Below are positions 38,253 to 46,194 of a stretch of 64,000 bases of DNA, one piece after another; the first letter of the stretch is position 1; the number at the start of each line of letters is the position of its first letter. A program made the position numbers and the translations under genes. The stretch lies in the NCBI GenBank assembly GCA_913042205.1, contig CAJWIY010000004.1:3911-67910 (forward strand), read 5' to 3'. This DNA is from an uncultured Gammaproteobacteria bacterium (GTDB lineage Bacteria > Pseudomonadota > Gammaproteobacteria > Pseudomonadales > Litorivicinaceae). The notes beneath the pieces are model-generated. The model ran no database searches and had not been told where the DNA came from. It saw only the letters and a program-made list of their open reading frames with translations.

Positions 38253-39686
38253 ATGCAATTACAGTCTTTCGGTGCGGACGATATTCCAAGCACAGATACC
38301 ATAGATCTCAGAGACCCTGCTGATCGCCGACTGATAATCGGAAATATGCCGGTGTGTTCGAGCGAACATCTAGACATGGCAGTCGAACAAGCAAAAAAAG
38401 CCCAGAAAATATGGGTTAAGCAATCGGTCGATCAGAGGATCGCAAGTATCAAAAGCTTCATTCCGCGTCTCCAAGAAAATTTGAATCACATTGTTGAGGT
38501 GCTCAAAACTGAGCAGGGGATGCTTGACTCTGTTGTCAGACGGGAAGTTCAAGAATCAGTTGGACAGATCAATCACACATGTAGCGTAGCCTCCGAAGAG
38601 TTGGCGTCGTTACATCACAGTGACGAATCCTTCAAGGCTCTGGTTCGGAAGGTTCCCTTTGGCGTCGTCGGCGCCATCGTTCCTTGGAACGCACCGGTCT
38701 CGTTAGCGACTGCTAAGGTTGTCCCGGCGCTTCTCACAGGCAACGCCGTCATCATCAAGCCATCCCCAAGAGCTCCTGCCGGAGTTACTGTCTTCCTGCG
38801 GTTATTGAAAGACTGCTTACCGCCCGGCCTCTTGAGTCTCCTGCACGGACTGGACGATCTTGGAGAGGCCATGATCAGACACCGCGACCTCAGGAAAATC
38901 TCCTTCACCGGCAGCACTGCCGTTGGAAAGCGAGTAGCTGCATCGGCCGCGGCCGAGTTAAAATCTGTTCAACTCGAGCTCGGCGGGAACGATGCGGCAA
39001 TCGTATTCAAAGACGCAGATATTGATACAACCGCATCTCAAATCGTTGACTCGGCCTTCCGTCGATCGGGTCAGTATTGCTACGCGACCAAACGTGTTTA
39101 CGTGCATCGATCGATTAAAGAACAAATGATTGAGGCATTAACAAAACATGCCGACCGCCTAAAGATAGGCGCCCCGTCAGATAAGAACTCAACCATTGGC
39201 CCGGTAATAGACAAAGAGGCTCAGCAGCGATTAAGCGCACTCATCGACCAGACCCGAGCTTGCAATGCCGTGATAAGGTCATGTGGCTCAATTTTAGAGT
39301 CAGCTGATTTAACCAACGGTTGCTATATCCAACCGACACTTGTCTGGAATATCGTCCATTCTCATCCTCTGGTTGTTGAGGAACAGTTTGGGCCTGTCCT
39401 ACCAATACTCGGGTACGATGATCCATTGCAGCTAGTCGACAAGTTAAATAGCGAGGATTATGGGCTCAGCGGCTCTGTTTGGGGTGCAAACCTCGAGGAA
39501 TTAAGTGCAGTCGCTCACGAAATTGAAGCCGGGCGAGTTTTCATAAACGCTGCTAGAGCTATGGGAGGTTTTTCTGGCGAGCTTCCGTCGGGTGGCCACA
39601 AGCACAGCGGAATTGGCTGGGAGAAATCTACATTTGGATTGAGAGAGTATTACCAATACCAAACGATCAACGGTCCAGTCTGCTAG
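38253..39686 (+). CDS. NAD(P)-dependent aldehyde dehydrogenase
   Basis: Start moved to ATG 38253 (MQLQSF...), because the ORF-track start at 38133 overlaps the divergent gene. ELGGNDAAIV, catalytic Cys context GQYCYATKR, and VPWNAP. Confidence 0.85.
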   Translation: MQLQSFGADDIPSTDTIDLRDPADRRLIIGNMPVCSSEHLDMAVEQAKKAQKIWVKQSVDQRIASIKSFIPRLQENLNHIVEVLKTEQGMLDSVVRREVQESVGQINHTCSVASEELASLHHSDESFKALVRKVPFGVVGAIVPWNAPVSLATAKVVPALLTGNAVIIKPSPRAPAGVTVFLRLLKDCLPPGLLSLLHGLDDLGEAMIRHRDLRKISFTGSTAVGKRVAASAAAELKSVQLELGGNDAAIVFKDADIDTTASQIVDSAFRRSGQYCYATKRVYVHRSIKEQMIEALTKHADRLKIGAPSDKNSTIGPVIDKEAQQRLSALIDQTRACNAVIRSCGSILESADLTNGCYIQPTLVWNIVHSHPLVVEEQFGPVLPILGYDDPLQLVDKLNSEDYGLSGSVWGANLEELSAVAHEIEAGRVFINAARAMGGFSGELPSGGHKHSGIGWEKSTFGLREYYQYQTINGPVC

Positions 39687-40780
39687 TTGCGAATATCCTG
39701 CAGAAATAACTCGGTCGGTATTTCGTTGCTTACGCCCGCCTCAAGGGCTTTTTCGTAGAGTAACCCGGCGACCGCGTGGAACTGGTTCCCTTGCAGGTTG
39801 CCCCGCTCAGAATAGGTCACATCGTCTGGCTGGCGATCAAAATATCCAGTTTTCATCACTTCAGAAAGATAGGTCAGCCGGTCACCGCCCACCGCACCAT
39901 GTGCTCGCTCTTTTGACGCCATCGCTTTCTCAGAAAACCCAGATCTTGCTTGCCACGTCAAGTGTTCGTCATCAAACGGAACATCTGACCAACCGACAGG
40001 CGAGTCGGTGTTACCAAAACGTAAGAATTTGGATACTTTTTTCTGCACCTCGCGAGGGATACCACCGCCACCACCAACATTCAACAGGTGATGACCCGGC
40101 TCGATATACTCTGGCTTGATTACCGGGACAGCTGAATCCGTCAGTCCCATAATGATGTCGACTTCACGAACAGCGGCTTGTGGTCTGTCAACCGGCTCAA
40201 TATCGACCTCCAACTCAGCTGCCATCGTCTTGGCGAAAATCTCACGGTGGTCCTTGGTCGGACTGTAAACCTTAACATTTTGTATATCACGGACATGAAC
40301 AACAGACCTCAAATGATCTTTCGCCATTCCCCCTGATCCAAGCAGCCCGACGGTACTAGAATCTTCTCGACTCGCGTACTTCACACCAATCGCACCGTCA
40401 GCGGCGACGCGCATGTGCTGGATAACGCCATCATTAATTAAGGCTAGGGGCTCACCATTCTCGACCGAAAATAAGAGTATGAAACCACAGAACGTTCCGG
40501 GTTCAACGCAGTATTTCTCTTGCGTAATTGAGGGTCCCGATTTCTTATGATAGATCATGTCGGATTTGCAACGGATAGCAAAATACCGACCGGTGCAACC
40601 TCCCTCCATGGTCCCCCACCGATAAAAACGATCAGGATCAGATGACGGAATTTCTACATCAACTCTTGGACGACAGACGGCCTTACCGGAAAATAAATCC
40701 TGATAGGCAGTCTCCAATGTCCGGGTTACCTCATCTTGGCTGACTAGTCTTGCCACATCGGAATTGTTGATCACCTTCAT
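39683..40780 (-). CDS. Ornithine cyclodeaminase / mu-crystallin family protein (second copy)
   Basis: Start at ATG 40780 (MKVINNSDV...), 10 nt after the nadC stop. Rossmann region VGLLGSGGMAKDHL. Its stop codon overlaps the ALDH stop in CTAG. Confidence 0.8.
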   Translation of the reverse strand: MKVINNSDVARLVSQDEVTRTLETAYQDLFSGKAVCRPRVDVEIPSSDPDRFYRWGTMEGGCTGRYFAIRCKSDMIYHKKSGPSITQEKYCVEPGTFCGFILLFSVENGEPLALINDGVIQHMRVAADGAIGVKYASREDSSTVGLLGSGGMAKDHLRSVVHVRDIQNVKVYSPTKDHREIFAKTMAAELEVDIEPVDRPQAAVREVDIIMGLTDSAVPVIKPEYIEPGHHLLNVGGGGGIPREVQKKVSKFLRFGNTDSPVGWSDVPFDDEHLTWQARSGFSEKAMASKERAHGAVGGDRLTYLSEVMKTGYFDRQPDDVTYSERGNLQGNQFHAVAGLLYEKALEAGVSNEIPTELFLQDIRN

Positions 40781-40790
40781 CTCAAAAGCC

Positions 40791-41636
40791 TCATTCGAGT
40801 TCGATATCAAGCCCGATATCAAATGTTGAGGCAGACATGGTTATCTGAGAAGACGATATATAATCAACACCGGACTCGGCGATAGCCTTTACGGTGTTGA
40901 GCTTCACACCACCAGAAGCTTCAAGAATAGCCCTATCCTGATTAATAACGACCGCCTCGTGAAGGAGGTCGGTCGAAAAATTGTCTAACAGTATGCAATC
41001 AGCTCCCGATGAGAGCGCTTCCTCGAATTGCTCTAACGTATCGACCTCGATCTCTATCTTCACCAAATGCCCGGCAAATGTCTTCGCGGCCTTGAGCGAC
41101 TTTGTAACACCTCCTGCAACCGCAATATGATTATCCTTAATCAAAATAGCGTCATCCAAACCAAAACGATGGTTAGAACCACCACCGCAACGAACCGCAT
41201 ATTTTTGTGAAGCCCTGAATCCTGGAATAGTCTTCCGGGTGCAGCATATTCTGGCTTTCGTATGGGCGATTTGTGAGACAAACTCAGAAGTCAGAGTCGC
41301 AATTCCAGACAGATGGCACAAAAAATTTAATGCTGTACGTTCTGCCGATAGGATCGATCTCGCGTTACCCGACACTGATGCGATCACGGTACCGGCTGCC
41401 ACTCGAGTACCATCAGGTACCCGTCGCTCAAAATCGAGATGAGGATCTATCCGTTCGAAAGCCTCTGTAGCGTGTGGAAGACCACAGACAAAGCCATTAT
41501 CGCGCGCCACGAATAATGCTGTCGCGAACTTATGAGGTTCAATCGTCGCCTGCGTTGATAGATCACCCGCCCTTCCCAGGTCCTCTAATAATGCCCGCTT
41601 GACCTCTTCTTGTATGAGAACCTTAGGCAAATCCAA
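40791..41636 (-). CDS. nadC: Nicotinate-nucleotide pyrophosphorylase (quinolinate phosphoribosyltransferase)
   Basis: 281 aa with TTG start. LLEDLGRAGDLST, CTRKTIPGFR, GGGSNHRFGLDDAILIKDNH and IEIEVDTLEQ. Confidence 0.85.
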   Translation of the reverse strand: MDLPKVLIQEEVKRALLEDLGRAGDLSTQATIEPHKFATALFVARDNGFVCGLPHATEAFERIDPHLDFERRVPDGTRVAAGTVIASVSGNARSILSAERTALNFLCHLSGIATLTSEFVSQIAHTKARICCTRKTIPGFRASQKYAVRCGGGSNHRFGLDDAILIKDNHIAVAGGVTKSLKAAKTFAGHLVKIEIEVDTLEQFEEALSSGADCILLDNFSTDLLHEAVVINQDRAILEASGGVKLNTVKAIAESGVDYISSSQITMSASTFDIGLDIELE

Positions 41637-41675
41637 TGGAATCCGCTCCCTCTCTGGAAAACCCTAATAAGAGCC

Positions 41676-42836
41676 TTAAATGAAAACCGGCTCTCTCCGC
41701 TTCGCTGAATCTAACACAGCATGGCAAACTTGCAGCGTACCAAGGCACCAATGCCCCGTTTGAACTGGGTCCTTACCCAACCTGATTGAATCGTACAGGG
41801 CCTTAAAGACAGGCTCCCTCGGACCAGCTGTTAAGGGAACTGGGATGACTTCCTTTTCAAAATCTTTGTACACGATTATCTCTCTTGGTCCAATTTTTAG
41901 ATCAGCACGCTCACACTGCACGATCAATGGACCAAAGTGCTCATTATTTGCGGCTGTTCCGCGTAAATTCTTAGCACTAAACGTCCTGCCTCGTTTGGCC
42001 CTTACCTCGTCATCACGTGACAAATCTGCCAACGCTTTTCTGGAGCCTCCATAGTTGTCAGGATCTTTTGGATTTCCAGTCTCTCCGATCCAACCCTGTA
42101 ATTCGTCAGAGTCAAATCTGGCGTATCCCGAGTATGTGCACTGAGCAGTGACCCCATTGCTAAATCTTAGCATCGCCTGATAAGACATCTCTGTATCACG
42201 GAGCCTGTCCCAGCGCCCCGTGTATGCATAGACTTCGGTAACCCGCCCGCCGGCCAGGAGACGGACAACATCGAACTGATGGGCTCCCTGCGAGAACAAT
42301 ACACCTCCACCATCGACTGTACTGAGCTCCTCATCCCGACGTGGTCTGTACATGAAATCGGTGTAGTTGAGGGTATTGATCGCCAAGACCCTCCCAAACT
42401 GATCGCTTTGAATTAGCTGCTTCGCTTTGAGTATAGGTCCATCAAAAGAATGCGCGGGACCCACTATCAAGGTTACTTCATTGATCTCACACGCGGAAAT
42501 CATCCGTTCAGCGTCAGACAAGGAAATCGCAATAGGTTTTTCAACAAGCACATGCTTACCATGTTCGGCTGCCTGCACCGCCATCTCTGCGTGGAGCTGA
42601 TGGGGGGTAGCGATATGAACCGCTTCAATAGACGGGTCGTCAAGCAACTCATCGTAGGAAAGATAGGTGACCCCTTGGAAAATATCTTGAAACGCAGCTC
42701 GTGACTCTTCTCGAGGCGCAGTAGCGGCCAGAAACCGAACAAATTGGCTGACAAGAGCAGATGGCGCTGTTAGCGCAAACCCTCGTCCAAGACCCACAAC
42801 ACCGACTCGAATTGGATCAGTAACCTTCGAAGTCAA
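41676..42836 (-). CDS. Gfo/Idh/MocA oxidoreductase, phthalate 4,5-cis-dihydrodiol dehydrogenase-like (Pht4/OphB type)
   Basis: Rossmann start IRVGVVGLGRGF. TTG at 42836 is preceded by AGGTGAT. The ORF-track start at 42908 would overlap the reductase gene by 92 nt. Confidence 0.75.
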   Translation of the reverse strand: MTSKVTDPIRVGVVGLGRGFALTAPSALVSQFVRFLAATAPREESRAAFQDIFQGVTYLSYDELLDDPSIEAVHIATPHQLHAEMAVQAAEHGKHVLVEKPIAISLSDAERMISACEINEVTLIVGPAHSFDGPILKAKQLIQSDQFGRVLAINTLNYTDFMYRPRRDEELSTVDGGGVLFSQGAHQFDVVRLLAGGRVTEVYAYTGRWDRLRDTEMSYQAMLRFSNGVTAQCTYSGYARFDSDELQGWIGETGNPKDPDNYGGSRKALADLSRDDEVRAKRGRTFSAKNLRGTAANNEHFGPLIVQCERADLKIGPREIIVYKDFEKEVIPVPLTAGPREPVFKALYDSIRLGKDPVQTGHWCLGTLQVCHAVLDSAKRREPVFI

Positions 42837-43770
42837 TCTCGATATCACCTTTTCCGCGGGACACGCACACCATGATCGCCGACTCATATTCATCTGACTC
42901 GAGAACAAAATCGCGGTGCTCTACCGCCCCAGACAACAGCTTCATCTTACAGGATCCACAGGTACCACTCTCACACGAGCTCGGCACCCTTAGACCGTTG
43001 CTCCGCAACGTCTCCAGTATCGTTACGCTCTCATCGACCTTAAACGATTCTCCGGTTGATTTTATAGAAACGGTAAATGGTGCATTTATGTAGTCACGAC
43101 CGCTCTGCGGGTTAAAGTCTTCAAAGTGAATTTGTTGTTCTGGCCAGTGACCGCTCAACGCTTTGATTTCATCCATCAGCGGTCGCGGCCCACAGCAATA
43201 AACGTGGTTCGTATTGGGAATCATGAACTCATCCCAAAAGTCATAAACTTTTTCGGGGTCACCGTCGTCAAAATGAATGACAACACTATCATCAAACAAA
43301 TTCTTCAGATCTTGCCAATAAGCAGCATGTTCCTCTGAGCGCGCGCAATAAATCAGACGAAACGATTTTCCACTAGATTGACAGGATTTCGCCATACCGA
43401 TTAATGGTGTGATACCGATACCCCCTCCGATAAATAGATACCCAGAAGCATCCAACAAAGGAAAGCTATTATCGGGTTGTTGCACCACAACCGTTTGCCC
43501 TACATTCAGCTGTTCATGCAACGATTGAGACCCGCCGCGGGATTGGGGCTCCAACTTTACTGCGATCTGATAGAACGTCGGCTTGTTACCATCGTTAATC
43601 AAGGAATACTGACGATTGGCCCCGCATGGTGTCGCTATTCCTATGTGTGAACCAGGCTGGAAAGGGGGAAGTTCTGATCCATCCCCTGCAACGAATTGGA
43701 ACTCGAGGATGTCCTTCGCCACTTGTTTTTTTTGACTGACCAGTAAGTTAAGTTCGTTGAGCTCGTTCAT
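42817..43770 (-). CDS. Phthalate-dioxygenase-reductase-type oxidoreductase (FMN / NAD / C-terminal 2Fe-2S)
   Basis: 317 aa. RQYSL flavin motif, GGGIGITPL NAD motif, and plant-type ferredoxin CESGTCGSCKMKLL. Colinear with PDR as recalled. Confidence 0.85.
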   Translation of the reverse strand: MNELNELNLLVSQKKQVAKDILEFQFVAGDGSELPPFQPGSHIGIATPCGANRQYSLINDGNKPTFYQIAVKLEPQSRGGSQSLHEQLNVGQTVVVQQPDNSFPLLDASGYLFIGGGIGITPLIGMAKSCQSSGKSFRLIYCARSEEHAAYWQDLKNLFDDSVVIHFDDGDPEKVYDFWDEFMIPNTNHVYCCGPRPLMDEIKALSGHWPEQQIHFEDFNPQSGRDYINAPFTVSIKSTGESFKVDESVTILETLRSNGLRVPSSCESGTCGSCKMKLLSGAVEHRDFVLESDEYESAIMVCVSRGKGDIEIDFEGY

Positions 43771-43774
43771 TGAT

Positions 43775-43786
43775 TTCGATATCTAA
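43775..43786. promoter_or_regulatory. Operator-like site TTCGATATCTAA (one-mismatch member of the CTTAG-N4-CTAAG family)
   Basis: The reverse complement ACTTAGATATCGAA differs by 1 nt from ACTTAGATTTCGAA at 52316-52329. Lies 4 nt upstream of the reductase start codon. Confidence 0.4.
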
Positions 43787-43796
43787 GTAAATATAA

Positions 43797-43808
43797 TTAG
43801 AAATCTAA
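43797..43808. promoter_or_regulatory. Palindromic operator-like site TTAGAAATCTAA
   Basis: Exact 13-mer TTAGAAATCTAAA is shared with 57470-57482. Sits in the divergent reductase / oxygenase control region. Confidence 0.5.
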
Positions 43809-43867
43809 ACGTTTGCCTGATTCGTGTAAACACGCGACCGAAAAATTAGTATAAATGAGGGACTAAC

Positions 43868-45124
43868 ATGCTGACCCCGGAAGAGAACGAGCTTTTAACA
43901 AAAGTTACCGATGGTGCTCCCATGGAGCGAATCATGCGCAGCCACTGGGTTCCGATCTGCTTAACCGAAGAACTCCCAGAAAACGATGGCACCCCTCTTC
44001 TGATCGAGGTGTTCGGTTGCCGGTACGTGGCTTTCCGTGACACCAATGGGTCGGTCGGGTTACTTGATGAGTTATGTCCTCACCGCCACGCATCCCTGCT
44101 CTATGGCCGAAACGAGAACTGTGGACTGACCTGTCTCTATCATGGTTGGAAATTTGATGTTGATGGCAAATGCATCAGCATGCCCTCCGAGCCGGAGAAT
44201 AGTGATCTGATCACAAAGGTTAAGCACAACGCCTATCAGACACGAGAATGGGGTTCGTTCGTATGGGCATGGCTCGGGGACGAGACTGAGATATCTGAAT
44301 TTCAACCGCCAGCTTTCGCGCCAACAGAAGACACAAGAGTGTCAGTAACGAAAATCCGCATTCCAGCTAATTGGGCCCAAATAATGGAAGGCCAAATCGA
44401 CTCGTCCCATTCCTCGAGTCTCCACTCCTCTGATATGGTGCCCGCGAAGGTTGAAGGCGCGGCGGCGGATGATAAAGCATGGTATCGGCCCTCCACAGAC
44501 CGATCGCCAAGGATGCAGGTAGAGCGGACTGATTACGGATTTCATTACGCAGCCATTCGGCATCCAATCAAGCAACCGGCCTTGAATGAATATTTTCGAG
44601 TCACTGAATACATTGCCCCGTTCACGTGCCTGATTCCGCCAAATTCAAGCTACAACGTCACGACGGTAGTTGTTCCCATCGATGACGAAAATTCAATGTT
44701 CAATTTCATAGCGTGGGGCGGTGAAACTTGTCCCGACACCGACGAGTGGAGAAAATTTAATTACTCGGTGCCTGGAGAGGATCTTGACGAGCGGTGGGTA
44801 TCAAAAAGACAACCACAGAATAAATTCCTACAAGACCGAGAACGGATGAAACAGGGTAACTTCACTGGGGTCCCAGGGATCCCTAACCAAGATATTATTA
44901 TGTGGGTTTCGATGGGCGCGATTGTCGACCGAACCACGGACCGATTAGGGGCGTCTGATATGGCGGTAGTCGAGTTTCGAAAATTAATGGTCGATGCGGC
45001 CAAAACAATGCACACATCAAGTCAAGCTATCGGATCGAGTTCTGATCTCAAACATATTGAAATCAAGTCCTATGAGGGAGTTCACTCAAAAGAGACTGAC
45101 TGGAAGACCCTCTGCAGAAACTAA
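43868..45124 (+). CDS. Rieske non-heme iron oxygenase, phthalate 4,5-dioxygenase family
   Basis: 418 aa. Rieske motif CPHRHASL...CLYHGWKF. Mononuclear iron motif QIDSSHSSSLH. N-terminus (EENELLTKV..APM) is typical of the phthalate family. SD GAGGG is present. Confidence 0.85.
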   Translation: MLTPEENELLTKVTDGAPMERIMRSHWVPICLTEELPENDGTPLLIEVFGCRYVAFRDTNGSVGLLDELCPHRHASLLYGRNENCGLTCLYHGWKFDVDGKCISMPSEPENSDLITKVKHNAYQTREWGSFVWAWLGDETEISEFQPPAFAPTEDTRVSVTKIRIPANWAQIMEGQIDSSHSSSLHSSDMVPAKVEGAAADDKAWYRPSTDRSPRMQVERTDYGFHYAAIRHPIKQPALNEYFRVTEYIAPFTCLIPPNSSYNVTTVVVPIDDENSMFNFIAWGGETCPDTDEWRKFNYSVPGEDLDERWVSKRQPQNKFLQDRERMKQGNFTGVPGIPNQDIIMWVSMGAIVDRTTDRLGASDMAVVEFRKLMVDAAKTMHTSSQAIGSSSDLKHIEIKSYEGVHSKETDWKTLCRN

Positions 45125-45149
45125 GAAGCCCGGAAAAGAGCCGGGCTTC
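45125..45149. terminator. Perfect 9-bp hairpin between convergent genes (terminator-like, no clear U-tract)
   Basis: GAAGCCCGG-aaaagag-CCGGGCTTC, immediately after the oxygenase stop and 22 nt before the TAXI gene stop. Confidence 0.5.
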
Positions 45150-45170
45150 TCGTGGTGATCGTTTGCAGAT

Positions 45171-46163
45171 CTACATCAGGCCAGCTTCTTTGTAAGCCTT
45201 CACCGCTCCTGGATGGAAGGGAATCGCATTTTGCTTGACCATCATCTCTTTGTTGAGAGATCGCATCGCCTTGTGGACGCCCTGAATTTCGCCCAAATTG
45301 GTCACGAGCGCCTTCGTTATTTTGTATACCTCGTTGTCAGAGGTATCGGCATTAATCACCAACATCGCGGTCAGGGCAAGGGTCGGATGGTCTGCTGACA
45401 AAATGTCATATGCCTTCCCAGGTATCACCATCTGGCCAGTGCCCATAGCAGAGCTCACTTTATCCCTCACCGCCTGTGAGACCGGCATCATGACCATAGG
45501 CATCGAGTTCAGAACCTCTCGAATCGAAGAATGGCCTACGAAAATATTATTCATGACCATATCTGCCTGCCGATTTTTCATCAGCTCAACCGAACCCTTT
45601 GATCCTGAGTACTGGACGCTACCGCCCCAAGACTCGATATCCTTCAATGAAATTCCATACGCGGCCAAGACCTCAACAGCCTGATTGTGCGCAATATTTC
45701 CTCTCTTGTTTATGATCAACCTGACAGGCGCTTTCTTTGCCTTCAAATCCTCGTAAGAAGCAATTCCATACTTGTCCGCAAAACTCTTGGTCACCATCGG
45801 CTGAAACGCAGCGAAGTTGTACATGACGGCCAGGGCCCGAAGGTTAGAGATCGGCGCTTTGTATGGAGCACCGCCCTGAGCTGCGATTTTCGCCTCAGCG
45901 TCATGCATCAGACCAAAATCTACTTTTTTTGACGCTATTTGTGCGGCATTAGCGAATCCACCACCAGACGTTTGGTATGTAACCGTCGCGTTAGGGTGGC
46001 TGGCCCGCATGGCCTTATCTACTCCGGCCCCTAGAAGCGACCACAGCCCACCAGGGCTGGCTCCGGCCATTATATAATTATCTTTTGCAACCGCACTCAT
46101 CGAACCGAGACCAATACAGACCCCTATAACTGCGGCTTTAATGGTATTTTTCATGGTAAGCAT
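45171..46163 (-). CDS. TAXI-family TRAP transporter solute receptor
   Basis: 330 aa. Signal peptide ...GLGSMSAVA. TAXI-type C-terminus HPGAVKAYKEAGL. Confidence 0.8.
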   Translation of the reverse strand: MLTMKNTIKAAVIGVCIGLGSMSAVAKDNYIMAGASPGGLWSLLGAGVDKAMRASHPNATVTYQTSGGGFANAAQIASKKVDFGLMHDAEAKIAAQGGAPYKAPISNLRALAVMYNFAAFQPMVTKSFADKYGIASYEDLKAKKAPVRLIINKRGNIAHNQAVEVLAAYGISLKDIESWGGSVQYSGSKGSVELMKNRQADMVMNNIFVGHSSIREVLNSMPMVMMPVSQAVRDKVSSAMGTGQMVIPGKAYDILSADHPTLALTAMLVINADTSDNEVYKITKALVTNLGEIQGVHKAMRSLNKEMMVKQNAIPFHPGAVKAYKEAGLM

Positions 46164-46194
46164 AATCGCTCCTTATTATTATGGTGTAGCTTTT

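Noticed and set aside
40791-41636. nadC as part of a NAD de novo biosynthesis operon
   Set aside because: No nadA or nadB is adjacent. The gene sits inside a phthalate-type catabolic operon, which is better explained by the OphE-like protective role.
42837-42908. Upstream extension of the Gfo/Idh/MocA gene to the ORF-track start (TTG 42908)
   Set aside because: It would overlap the reductase gene by 92 nt and adds a Cys/Trp/Ser-rich non-Rossmann leader. TTG at 42836 has a good AGGTGAT Shine-Dalgarno sequence and gives a family-typical N-terminus. The start still needs experimental confirmation.
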